Shown here in pieces: positions 29,466 through 39,018 of a stretch of 64,000 nucleotides of DNA. Every line of letters starts with the position of its first letter. The first letter of the stretch is position 1. This DNA comes from Chthoniobacterales bacterium. Its GTDB lineage: Bacteria > Verrucomicrobiota > Verrucomicrobiia > Chthoniobacterales > Chthoniobacteraceae. The notes beneath the pieces are model-generated. The model saw nothing but the letters and a program-made list of their open reading frames with translations. It had not been told where the DNA came from and did no database searches. The stretch is taken from assembly GCA_038207335.1 (NCBI GenBank), contig JBBQZX010000022.1, positions 1 to 64,000 of the forward strand, read 5' to 3'. The translations under genes were made by a program, and so were the position numbers.

Positions 29466-30641
29466 TCAGACGCCGGCGCGGTCGATCAGGGAGGCGAGCA
29501 CTTTCGTGGCTTCGAAATGCTCGGCGGCGATGTCGAAGGCGGCTCGGGAATGGAGGGCGTAGTCGGCATTGATCGCGCGGACGGCTTCGGCGATTTCGTC
29601 GAGATTTTGGAACGCGAAGAGACCGCGGTTGTCGCCGCCGAAGTGTGCGGTGAAGCCGGTTTGCTGTGTGATTACGGGTCGCCCGGCGGCCATGTAACAG
29701 GCGGAGCGGTCGCTGAACCAGCCGGTGGCGAGGCGGACGTATTGGTCTTTCGCAACGGTGAATTCGCCTTTGGAATTCTGGATGAACGAGACGTAGCGAT
29801 CGTGGTGGATGCTGCTCTGATCAGGGTTCGAGAGCGTCCATTGGTTTGCGAGAAGTCGGTCGATCGTGGGCTGTTCGCGGATGCTGGTGGCGAGTTCGAA
29901 GGATTCGCCGGAGCGGCGCGGGGCGTCGATGAAGCGGAGGAACTCGAGCGATTTGCTCCAGAGATATTTTTCCCCGCGCCACTCGATGTCTTTGAGGTCG
30001 CCAGTGTTCCAATTTGCGATGGTCGTGAAACGGGCGTCTGGAGGCGGAGGCGATGCACTTTTCCAAAAGTCTGTGACGACGGGCTGGCGGGTTGGGAGCC
30101 ACTCAAAATTGTGGAGCGGTACGGGAAACTCGGGGAGACCGATGTTTTCGCCGAATGTGAAAAGCGAGCGGTGGCGGGAGAGGTATTCGATGGGCGCGGG
30201 CTCGTTTTTATCGACGCGGATTTGCTCCAGTCCGGGGTCGCTTTCGACGTAGATGACGCGCTCGCTCTGGAGCAGGTCTTCGTTGAATTCCTGCGTGCCG
30301 CAGATGTTCAGGATGGCGTCTGCGGTGCGGTAGAGTTCGACGACGCGTGACTTTGGAAGGCCGATGCACGCTTGATCCGGGAGGTATCGGGCACAAAATG
30401 CCCAGCGATTTTCAAAGCCAAATTGCGCGGCAAGAGCGGCGAGTTTTTGCGTCGCGTAGGTGTGTTCGTTGGTGATCTCTCCGGCGATCGGATCGTATGG
30501 CAGGCGCGCGGAATCCTCGATGTAGAAGACCTCGTGGCCGAGCCGCTGGAGGCCGACGATGTAGTGGATGTGCTGCCAGACGACGCCGGCGATGGGGCAG
30601 CCGGCCATGAAGCCCATGACGACGATGCGTTTGCGATTCAT
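29466..30641 (-). CDS. Uncharacterised GT-B-like glycosyltransferase
   Basis: LGHEV near the N-terminus; C-terminal WFSDRSACY.AAGRPVI resembles the GT-B donor-binding motif. Confidence 0.6.
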   Translation of the reverse strand: MNRKRIVVMGFMAGCPIAGVVWQHIHYIVGLQRLGHEVFYIEDSARLPYDPIAGEITNEHTYATQKLAALAAQFGFENRWAFCARYLPDQACIGLPKSRVVELYRTADAILNICGTQEFNEDLLQSERVIYVESDPGLEQIRVDKNEPAPIEYLSRHRSLFTFGENIGLPEFPVPLHNFEWLPTRQPVVTDFWKSASPPPPDARFTTIANWNTGDLKDIEWRGEKYLWSKSLEFLRFIDAPRRSGESFELATSIREQPTIDRLLANQWTLSNPDQSSIHHDRYVSFIQNSKGEFTVAKDQYVRLATGWFSDRSACYMAAGRPVITQQTGFTAHFGGDNRGLFAFQNLDEIAEAVRAINADYALHSRAAFDIAAEHFEATKVLASLIDRAGV

Positions 30642-30660
30642 CGCCGTTCGACGCGTGTCG

Positions 30661-31245
30661 TCACAATTGCTTCACCACCACCGCGGGATTCCCAGCGACG
30701 ACTACATTTTCCGGCACGCTTTTGCTGACCACCGACCCCGCGGCGACGACGGAGTTTTCACCGATGGTAACGCCTTTGAGGATGACGGCGTTCATGCCGA
30801 TCCAGACGTTGTCCCGGATGATGACGGGCGCGGTGCGGAGTGGCGGGCGGGGCGGGCGGTCTTTGTAGAATGGGGCGAGGGCGAAGGTGTCGATGCGGCG
30901 CTGCGCGGCGTCGATGGGGTGGAAGTCGGAGTCGGCGATGCCGACGTTCCATGAGACGAGGCAGTGAGCGCCGATTTCGATGTGCTCGTCGGCCATGATG
31001 AGCGCGCCGTTCAGGAGCGTGAAGTCGCCGATTTTGCACGAGCCGTTTTCGCCGAGGGCAAAGGAGACACCGGCGTAGAGCGAGACGTGCTGGCCGAGCT
31101 CGATAGCGCGCTCGCGCTTGCTCCGCATGAAGCGGAAAATCTGCGCGGTCTCGGCGTAGAGGCCCTCGCCCCAGAAGACGTTTTCGGGGATCGGGTGTTG
31201 CCACCAGTCTTGTTCGACGCGGCGGTCGGGGGTGATGTTGCTCAT
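30661..31245 (-). CDS. Hexapeptide-repeat (LbetaH) acyltransferase
   Basis: IRDNVWIG..AVILKGVTIGENSVVAAGSVV, VAGNPA, DSDFH. Confidence 0.9.
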   Translation of the reverse strand: MSNITPDRRVEQDWWQHPIPENVFWGEGLYAETAQIFRFMRSKRERAIELGQHVSLYAGVSFALGENGSCKIGDFTLLNGALIMADEHIEIGAHCLVSWNVGIADSDFHPIDAAQRRIDTFALAPFYKDRPPRPPLRTAPVIIRDNVWIGMNAVILKGVTIGENSVVAAGSVVSKSVPENVVVAGNPAVVVKQL

Positions 31246-31249
31246 GATT

Positions 31250-33016
31250 TTAGACTCCTAGATTTGCGGAACGATACAGCCCGGCGTACACGCCGCCCCG
31301 CTGCACGAGTTCGGGGCCGGCACCTTCCTCCACGACTCCGCCGGTGCCGAGGACGACGATCTTTTCCATCGTGTGGATCGTGGCAATGCGGTGCGTGATG
31401 ATGAGCGTGGTGCGGCCGCGCATGAGTTCCTCCATTGTCTGCATGATCGCGGCTTCGGTGGTCGGATCGAGCGCGCTCGTCGGCTCATCGAGCAGCAGGA
31501 TGGGCGCGTTTTTTAGAAAGGCACGCGCGATGCCGATGCGCTGCCGCTGGCCGACGCTGAGATGATTTCCGCGCTCGCCGACTTGCGATGAATAGCCGTC
31601 CGTCATGGCGAGGATGAAGTCGTGCGCCTGCGCGCGTTTCGCGGCTTCGACGATGTCGGCTTCGGTCGCGGCGGGGCGGCCGTATGCGATGTTTTCGCGG
31701 ACGGTCGTGGAGAAGAGCAGCGTGTCTTGGAGGACGATGCTGATTTGGTTTCGCAGCGATTTTTTTGTGATGTCGCGGAGGTCGCGACCGTCGAGCAGGA
31801 CACGCCCGGCGGTCGGGTCGTAGAAGCGCGGGACGAGGCTGAGTAGCGTGCTCTTTCCCGCGCCGGTGCCTCCGACGAATGCAACCGTCTGCCCCGGCTC
31901 GATGCGTAGATTTACACCCCCGAGAATCGTGCGCTCGGGCGTGTAGCCGAAGCTCACATTTTCAAAAACAATGTCGCCGGTGAAGCGCTCGATGGCGACG
32001 GCATCCGGCGCGTCCGGCACATCGTCCGCGCGGTCGAGCACCTCGAAGCAGCGCTGCGCCGCCGCGGCTGCCCCCTCGAGCGCCCATGCGAGATGCGTGA
32101 GTGCCTCGAGCGGCGAGTAGAGCATGACGAGGTAGGTCGAAATCGCGATGAGCGAGCCGAGCGTGAGCGAGCCGTCGAGGACGTGCCGCGCCCCGACGTA
32201 ATACATCGCCGCCGTGCTCGCGGCCATGAGCGTGCTCACGATGAGCGAGCTGCGCATGGAGGTGCTCGTGAGGCGCAAATTCGCTTCGAGGCTGTCGCGC
32301 GCGTGGCCGTGGAATTGCGCGATTTCGTGCTCTTCGCGGCCGAATGCCTGCACCATTTTCACCGAGCTGAGGCCCTCCTGCGCTTGCGTCAAAAGCGCGC
32401 TTTCCCGTTCCTGGATCACGGTCGATTCGGTGCGGATGCGTTTCGCGTAGAGGTAGATCGCGGCGACCATGAACGGCACGATCGTGAGTGATAGCAACGC
32501 CAGCACGCGGTCGAGCTGCCAGATGATGATGAATGTGCTCGCGATGGTGATCGTGGCGCTGAAGACGAACGTGGCCTTGCTGTAAAATCCCTGGATCGCC
32601 TGCGAGTCGTAGGCCACGCGAAATGTGGAATCGCCGCTGCGCCGTGTGTCGTGGAATTTCAGCGGGAGCGAATGGAGGTAGGCGTAGAGTTCAGTGCGGA
32701 GCCGCAGTAGCGCGCGAAGGCCGACTTTCACGTAAATGATGTTCGTGACGAGATTCAGCCAGCCGCCGAGGAAGTGGAAAACGACGAGCGCGAGGCAGAG
32801 AAAGAGGATCGCCTGCGGGATGGAAACGGGCGCGCCGCGGAAGAGAATCGTCGCGTCGCCGTGCATCGCGGCGGGCAGTATTTTGTCCACGATGTAGGCG
32901 AAAGGCCACGGCTTCAGGAGATTGAAGCCGATCGATGTGAGCATGATCGCTGTCGCGCCGATGCTCGCGCCGAGGAACGGGCGGAAGTAGGCGAGCACGC
33001 GACGATAGATGGACAT
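31250..33016 (-). CDS. ABC exporter, TMD-NBD fusion (MsbA-like)
   Basis: N-terminal TM domain, GGTGAGKST, LSVGQRQR, LLDEPTSALD, H-loop. Confidence 0.92.
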   Translation of the reverse strand: MSIYRRVLAYFRPFLGASIGATAIMLTSIGFNLLKPWPFAYIVDKILPAAMHGDATILFRGAPVSIPQAILFLCLALVVFHFLGGWLNLVTNIIYVKVGLRALLRLRTELYAYLHSLPLKFHDTRRSGDSTFRVAYDSQAIQGFYSKATFVFSATITIASTFIIIWQLDRVLALLSLTIVPFMVAAIYLYAKRIRTESTVIQERESALLTQAQEGLSSVKMVQAFGREEHEIAQFHGHARDSLEANLRLTSTSMRSSLIVSTLMAASTAAMYYVGARHVLDGSLTLGSLIAISTYLVMLYSPLEALTHLAWALEGAAAAAQRCFEVLDRADDVPDAPDAVAIERFTGDIVFENVSFGYTPERTILGGVNLRIEPGQTVAFVGGTGAGKSTLLSLVPRFYDPTAGRVLLDGRDLRDITKKSLRNQISIVLQDTLLFSTTVRENIAYGRPAATEADIVEAAKRAQAHDFILAMTDGYSSQVGERGNHLSVGQRQRIGIARAFLKNAPILLLDEPTSALDPTTEAAIMQTMEELMRGRTTLIITHRIATIHTMEKIVVLGTGGVVEEGAGPELVQRGGVYAGLYRSANLGV

Positions 33017-33175
33017 TTCGTGGGGAGGAAATACTCGGGGCGCGGAGTTGGCAACGCCGGGAATGCGGAGGCGCGTCGGGGAGCCGACACGCGTGTCAGC
33101 ACGGCGACAAAACATTGAACAAATCGGCCCCGCGCCCGTCTCAATTTGATGTGAAGTGAAGGTGGCCCGGCGAGT

Positions 33176-33191
33176 TGGCATCCGCCCTGCT
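33176..33191 (+). promoter_or_regulatory. Sigma54 (-24/-12) promoter candidate
   Basis: TGGCATCCGCCCTGCT: GG-N10-GC, ending 40 bp upstream of the ATG at 33231. Confidence 0.55.
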
Positions 33192-33230
33192 AGTATCATC
33201 TTCAAGTCCAACACAAACCGACAAATCACC

Positions 33231-33410
33231 ATGAAAAAGACCCTCAAAAAAGCCGCTCGTTCCAACTACAGCCTCGGTGATCTCATCCTGGCTGTCAGCG
33301 CCTACAGCAAGAACAACCGCGAAACTGTCGCTGCTGTGGCAGACCTTCTCGATAGTGGAAAAGTCCGCCTGAACAGCCACGGTCAAAAAATCCGAGCACG
33401 CGTCTGCTAA
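33231..33410 (+). CDS. Small basic hypothetical protein (59 aa)
   Basis: MKKTLKKAARSNYSLGDLILAVS...DLLDSGKVRL; A/C-rich leader, upstream promoter motif and downstream hairpin. Confidence 0.65.
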   Translation: MKKTLKKAARSNYSLGDLILAVSAYSKNNRETVAAVADLLDSGKVRLNSHGQKIRARVC

Positions 33411-33491
33411 GGCGCTTTGAGGACCTTGTGAACCGCGCTTTGCCGCGGCTCCCGAGCCCGCCGCTGCCAAATAGGCGGCAGTAAATTTCAA

Positions 33492-33532
33492 ACCCCGTCT
33501 CCGGCTTCGATGCCGAGGGCGGGGTGAGTTTT
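33492..33532 (+). terminator. Probable intrinsic terminator
   Basis: 14-nt GC-rich stem accccgtctccggc/gccgagggcggggt (2 G-U pairs, 1 mismatch) followed by gagttttg. Confidence 0.5.
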
Positions 33533-33590
33533 GTACTGGAATTCGTCAAGGGTCAGCCGCGACCTTGCGAAACAAACGCTGACCTTTTCC

Positions 33591-34340
33591 ATGAAGCGCG
33601 TCCTTACGCTCCTCATTTTCCCTGCCGCAGCCTTTGCTTCCGGCCGCGGAAACCAAGCCGAACATCGTCTTCATCTTCGCCGATGACCTCGGCTGATACA
33701 ATCCGAAGACGTTTTTAAGAGACGCCGAACATCCACGGGCTGGCGAGGCGCGTGCCAGCGCCGAGAGTCGGGGGCGCGCGCAGCGATCTTCACGTATTTC
33801 CCGCACGATCCGCCGGTCCTGTAATGGGTACCGCCCGCCGTCACCGTGCATCGCTACGACTTGACACGGATCCGCATTTTATTCGGCGGTGGAATCGGCG
33901 CGCATCGCTGAACGCTTTACAACGTGCGCGAGGACAGCGTTGAGCGAAACCACCGTGCGGCCTAGGAGCCGGAGCATGTGAAGCCGATTGATGCGCTGAT
34001 CGAGAAATTCCTCGCCGACACGAACGCTGGTGCAGGTGCCGAATCCCGATTTCGATCTGGTGAAATATCACCCGGAGAACGAGTGCAAGGGAGCCGCGAG
34101 AAGGCCGTCGAAATCAAACTTTAAGCCAAAAAGCAGAGGCAACGAACGACGATGCCCCTGCTCGCCAAGGCTGGATAACGCGTGCTTGCACCGTGACTGT
34201 GAGGGGCCGTGACCGGCAATGGCTGCGACTGGCAGAAAATGAGCGTGGAGTTTACCGCCGAAGGCACGCTCAGCATTCTGTGGCTCTACGTGCCCGCGGA
34301 GAGGGAACCCGTGCAGTGAGACGGGTTCGAAATCAAGAGA
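33591..34340 (+). pseudogene. Decayed sulfatase gene
   Basis: Signal peptide MKRVLTLLIF, frameshift to KPNIVFIFADDLG-stop, ETPNIHGLA, then C-terminal fragments FTYFPHDPP, IEKFLADT, VPNPDFD with stops; catalytic core missing. Confidence 0.75.
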
Positions 34341-34392
34341 GGGACGGAGTCTCGCATGTCCCAATTTTAGTTTGCCGTGCTGTTACCTATCG

Positions 34393-35934
34393 ATGCTCCG
34401 CCTTCTTTTCGCGTTTCTCTGGATAGCTTCCTGCGCGCTCGCCGCCGCGGAGTCGCGCCCAAACATCCTCTTCATATACGCCGAGGACATCGGGTATTGC
34501 ACGGGCGAGCGCGCGGCTCGCGATCCGAATGCGCATATCGCGGGGCTGAAGACTCCGAACCTTGATGCGCTCGCGGCGCAGAGCGTGAATTTCACGCACG
34601 CGTTTTGCGGGCAAAGCGTGTGCTCGCCGAGCAAAGGTGCGATTCTCAGTGGATTACTGCCGCACGCGAATGGCATCTGGCGAAACGTCCACAACAATCA
34701 CCCGAAGCTCGGCGGGCCGGAGAAATGGATCCCACTGCCGATTCCGCTGACGAAGGAGAATGATCCCACTTTTCTCGCCGCAGGCGGGATGCACGAGGAC
34801 ATCCCTAATCTCATCCAGCGACTCAAGGCCGGCGGCATCTACTGCGCGCTCTCAGGTAAGCTGCACGTCCAGCCGGCGCGGAATTTTCCGTATGACGTGT
34901 TTGTGAACGAGGATGACCTCGACACCGTCATCAAGGGCGCAGGGGACAAGCCGTGGTTCTTTTGGTGTAATCCCGGCGACACGCACGCGCCGTGGTGGAA
35001 GCACGTGCAGAGCAAGCTGGTGGATCCGAAGGACTGCAACTCCGCGCCGAAGGATGTGGACCCGGCCGAGATCGAGATGCTGCCGTGGATGCCGGACACG
35101 CCCGCCGCGCGGGTGGACCTCGCGCAGTATTACTCGTGCATCCGCAACATTGATGAGTTCGTCGGCACGATGCTGAAGAAGCTCGAAGCCAGCGGAGAGG
35201 CGGAGAATACCATCGTCGTCTTCACCGGCGACCACGGCATCGGCTACGCGCGCGGCAAGACGAGCGTGTATCCGGCCGGGACGCAGGTGCCGCTTTACAT
35301 CAAAGGCCCAGGCATCAAGACGGGCCGCATCATCGGTGCGCCCGTCTCGCAAATGGATTTCAATCCCACCTTTCTCGAAGCCTTCGGCATCGCGCCGATC
35401 GCGCACACGCACGCCGAGTCGCTGTGGCCCATCCTCTCGGGAAAATCCGACGCGCTGCCAGATCGCCACACCATCATGACCGAGACGAACAACAGCCTCA
35501 TGTCGCAGGTCGGCATCCGGGGCGATGGCACGATGGCGCGAGCCGTTTGCGACGGACGCTTTTACTACATCGGCAATCTCATCCAGACCAAGACTGCGCT
35601 GCCCGAAGAGAAGGCGATCAACGTCGGCACCGGCGACGGCGAATACGGCAACCCCGGACCGCAATACGCGATCGATCTCCACGATGAAACGGTGCGACAC
35701 AAAGCCGACCAGCCCTTGCCCTACGAACTGCTGCGCCAGCTCTGCATGGGCGATGCGCCGCCCGAGGAACTCTACGACCTCGATGCCGACCCATGGGCCG
35801 TGAAGAACTTCATCGCCGACCCCGGCCACGCCGAGACGCTCGCCCGGATGCGCACGGAATTCGCCGACTGGCGCAAGGCTAGCGATGACCACGACGTGCA
35901 TCCGAAAACTATCCCCCGCCGCACCGCGAAGTAG
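34393..35934 (+). CDS. Sulfatase (S1 family) with variant CSPSK motif
   Basis: Signal peptide, RPNILFIYAED, TPNLD.LA, CSPSKGAILSG, GKLH, GDHG, ELYDL..DP. Confidence 0.88.
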   Translation: MLRLLFAFLWIASCALAAAESRPNILFIYAEDIGYCTGERAARDPNAHIAGLKTPNLDALAAQSVNFTHAFCGQSVCSPSKGAILSGLLPHANGIWRNVHNNHPKLGGPEKWIPLPIPLTKENDPTFLAAGGMHEDIPNLIQRLKAGGIYCALSGKLHVQPARNFPYDVFVNEDDLDTVIKGAGDKPWFFWCNPGDTHAPWWKHVQSKLVDPKDCNSAPKDVDPAEIEMLPWMPDTPAARVDLAQYYSCIRNIDEFVGTMLKKLEASGEAENTIVVFTGDHGIGYARGKTSVYPAGTQVPLYIKGPGIKTGRIIGAPVSQMDFNPTFLEAFGIAPIAHTHAESLWPILSGKSDALPDRHTIMTETNNSLMSQVGIRGDGTMARAVCDGRFYYIGNLIQTKTALPEEKAINVGTGDGEYGNPGPQYAIDLHDETVRHKADQPLPYELLRQLCMGDAPPEELYDLDADPWAVKNFIADPGHAETLARMRTEFADWRKASDDHDVHPKTIPRRTAK

Positions 35935-35976
35935 CCCCTGCACAGCGCTGCATTTGCCAACTCACTGCGCAATTTC

Positions 35977-37470
35977 ATGAAACTCGTCCTCGCTCCCTTG
36001 ATGTTCCTGGCTGCGCTTTGCACTTCGCTTTGTGCTGAGGAATCCAAGCCCAACATCCTTATGATTTACGCCGACGACATCGGCTACGGCGATTTTGGCT
36101 GCTATGGAGCGACGAAGGTCAAAACACCACATGCGGATGGACTTGCCGCCGAGGGCTTGCGCTTCACGGATGCCCATGCGGTCGCGTCGGTCTGCACGCC
36201 TTCCCGCTATTCGCTGCTCACCGGCGAGTATGCGTTCCGCAAGCCGGGCACCGGCATTGCCTCGGGCATTCGGGGGCTGCTGATCGATGTCGGTCGCACC
36301 ACACTGCCGTCTGTGTTGAAGAGTGCGGGTTACACCACCGGCATCGTCGGCAAATGGCATCTAGGCTTGGGAACCGAACCGACCGACTACAACAAGCCGA
36401 TCAAGCCCGGCCCGAACGAAGTCGGCTTTGACTATGCCTGGATCATGCCTGCGACGGGCGACCGCGTGCCGTGCGTCTGGGTGGAAAACGACCATGTCGT
36501 GAATCTCGACCCTGCTGATCCCATCAAGATCAACACCCGGGTAAAGCGCGGCACTCCGGATTCATTCCTCATGGGTGTCCCGCGCATCGGCCAGCAGCTC
36601 GGCGGCAAGGCGGCGCTGTGGGAAGATGCGAACCTCTCGACCGTCATCGCGGCGAAAAGCTGCGCGTTCATGGAGCAGCACCGAGCGGAGTCATTCTTCC
36701 TCGAAGTCTCGACGCACAACATCCATGTGCCCCGCGTGCCGAATCCGAAGTTCGTCGGCAAAAGCGAGTGCGGGCCGCGCGGTGACTCCATCGTGGAGCT
36801 GGACTGGATCGTGGGCGCAGTGCTCGGGAAACTCGACGCGCTCGGTCTCGCTGGGAAAACGCTCGTGATCCTCACCAGCGACAACGGCGGCATCCTCGAT
36901 AATAACGGCCCGGATAAAGTCCACGGTCTCGGCGATCCCGATGCCACCAATGGTCACAGGCCCAACGGCGTCCTGCGCGGTTTTAAGTATGACGTGTGGG
37001 AAGGCGGCACGCGCGTGCCGATGATCGTGCGCTGGCCGGGCAGGGTGAAACCGGGCGTCTCAGACGCACTCGTGAGTCAGGTCGATTTCCTCGCGAGCCT
37101 CGCTGCAATGACGGGAACGAAGATTCCAAAGGGCCAGGCACCGGACAGCGAGGATCACCTTGCGGCAATACTCGGCTTCGATCCGAAAGGGCGGGAGATG
37201 CTCGTCGAGCAGAAAACCGGTGACCTCTTCGGCTTCCGCCAGGGTAGCTGGAAACTTCTGCCCACGGGCGGCAAAAAGGGCGGCGGAAAAGCCACGCTCC
37301 ACGATCTCGCCGACGATCCCGGCGAGAGGAACGACCTCGCGGAGAAGCAGCCCGAACGGCTTGCCGCCATGATGGCGGAGTTCCAAAAAATTGTTGGCCC
37401 GCAGGACCGGCAAAAGCGCAACAAAAAGGGCACGGCTGAGAGTGAGGAATCCGAGGAGAAGTCCCAATAA
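35977..37470 (+). CDS. Arylsulfatase-like sulfatase
   Basis: PNILMIYADD, CTPSRYSLLTG, GKWHLG, SDNG, EGG.RVP. Confidence 0.93.
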   Translation: MKLVLAPLMFLAALCTSLCAEESKPNILMIYADDIGYGDFGCYGATKVKTPHADGLAAEGLRFTDAHAVASVCTPSRYSLLTGEYAFRKPGTGIASGIRGLLIDVGRTTLPSVLKSAGYTTGIVGKWHLGLGTEPTDYNKPIKPGPNEVGFDYAWIMPATGDRVPCVWVENDHVVNLDPADPIKINTRVKRGTPDSFLMGVPRIGQQLGGKAALWEDANLSTVIAAKSCAFMEQHRAESFFLEVSTHNIHVPRVPNPKFVGKSECGPRGDSIVELDWIVGAVLGKLDALGLAGKTLVILTSDNGGILDNNGPDKVHGLGDPDATNGHRPNGVLRGFKYDVWEGGTRVPMIVRWPGRVKPGVSDALVSQVDFLASLAAMTGTKIPKGQAPDSEDHLAAILGFDPKGREMLVEQKTGDLFGFRQGSWKLLPTGGKKGGGKATLHDLADDPGERNDLAEKQPERLAAMMAEFQKIVGPQDRQKRNKKGTAESEESEEKSQ

Positions 37471-37533
37471 TCCATCCGTCCGCTATTACTGCTTCAACCA
37501 GTCCTCCTGTTCAAACTCCGACCCTCATTCTTC

Positions 37534-39009
37534 GTGCTGAAATCCCCCGTCATCTTCGCCGGCTTGCTCCTTTTATCCGCGCTCTGCACACAGCTTCGCG
37601 CCACGGATCGGAAGCCCAATATCGTCTTTGTCCTCGTGGACGATCAGCGCAATACCTCGCTGGGTTGCGCCGGGCATCCGCAAATCAAGACTCCCGTGAT
37701 CGATAGCCTGGCGGCCCGCGGCGTGCGCTTTGAGAACGCCTTCGTGCAAACGCCCATCTGCATGGCGAGCCGCGCCAACTTCTTCACCGGCTTGACGACG
37801 ACCACGCACGGCTACCACGGCGACCCCGGCCACCCCGTGCGCAGGGAGGATTTGGAGACGAGCTTTCCCACGCTCCTCCGCCCGGCGGGCTACAAGACCG
37901 GATTTTACGGAAAGCAGCACGTCACCTGGGAGAAGGGCGTCGATGGGATGGCCACCATGTTCGACGACTACGAGGTGCTGCATCGCAATCCCTACCTGAA
38001 GACCATGCCGGACGGCAGCCTGCGTCACGTCGATGAGATCGTCGGCGACAAGTCGGTCGCGTTCGTTCAGGCACAATCTACGGAAAAGCCATTCTTCCTC
38101 TACGTGAGTTTCAACATCTCGCACGCCGAGGACGGCGACAGGCGCCCAGGTTTTCACTACCAGTGGCCGCTCGCCGAGGATGGCATGTTTGAAGACATCG
38201 ACCCTATCCGCCCAAATCTCGACGACCCGAAATACTACCTAGCCACGCCTGATTTTCTAAAGAAGACGATCAACCGCTCGCGCTATTTCTGGGGCTTTGA
38301 CACGGCGGAAAAATACCAAGTCAACCTGCGCGGCATGTATCGCATGCTGGCCGGCATGGATCGCATCGTCGGCCGGGTCATGACGGCGCTGAAAGAGAAA
38401 GGCTTGGATGACAACACCATCGTCATCTACTGCGCGGACAACGGCGTTTACATGGGCGACCGCGGCTTTCAGGGCAAGTGGTCGCACTACGATCAGGCGA
38501 TCCATGTGCCCTTGATCGTCTATGACCCGCGGATGAAGACCGACCTGCGCGGTCGCGTGCTGAAAGAGACGGCCACCAGCCTCGATGTCCCGGCAACCAT
38601 TTTGGATTTTGCGACGTTGCCGATTCCGTCGAAATACCAAGGAGCGACGCTGACACCGTTGCTGGTCGGCATGCATCCGAAGGACTGGCGCACGGATTTC
38701 TACGTCGAACACCACGCCAACCCCGCACAGATCGCCACATGGTTTGGGGTGCGCGACGATCGCTACACTTACGCCAACTACTACAAGAACGACGCAGAAC
38801 TCCTCTACGACCGCGAGAAGGATCCCACCGAGCTCACCAATGTCGCGGGAGACTCAGCCTATGCGGTGGTCTTCGACAGGCTCCGGCAACGCAGTCTCGA
38901 TTACAAAAAGCAATACACGCGGTCCGACGCCGACGCTCCGGCCGATCCGTCATCTGCGGTGCGGAAGAGGAAGCCCAAGCAAGCTCCGGTAGCTCCGGTA
39001 GATGACTAA
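37534..39009 (+). CDS. Sulfatase (CxAxR type)
   Basis: PNIVFVLVDD, CMASRANFFTG, GKQH, DNG, LYD...DP.E. Confidence 0.92.
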   Translation: MLKSPVIFAGLLLLSALCTQLRATDRKPNIVFVLVDDQRNTSLGCAGHPQIKTPVIDSLAARGVRFENAFVQTPICMASRANFFTGLTTTTHGYHGDPGHPVRREDLETSFPTLLRPAGYKTGFYGKQHVTWEKGVDGMATMFDDYEVLHRNPYLKTMPDGSLRHVDEIVGDKSVAFVQAQSTEKPFFLYVSFNISHAEDGDRRPGFHYQWPLAEDGMFEDIDPIRPNLDDPKYYLATPDFLKKTINRSRYFWGFDTAEKYQVNLRGMYRMLAGMDRIVGRVMTALKEKGLDDNTIVIYCADNGVYMGDRGFQGKWSHYDQAIHVPLIVYDPRMKTDLRGRVLKETATSLDVPATILDFATLPIPSKYQGATLTPLLVGMHPKDWRTDFYVEHHANPAQIATWFGVRDDRYTYANYYKNDAELLYDREKDPTELTNVAGDSAYAVVFDRLRQRSLDYKKQYTRSDADAPADPSSAVRKRKPKQAPVAPVDD

Positions 39010-39018
39010 TCGTATTTC

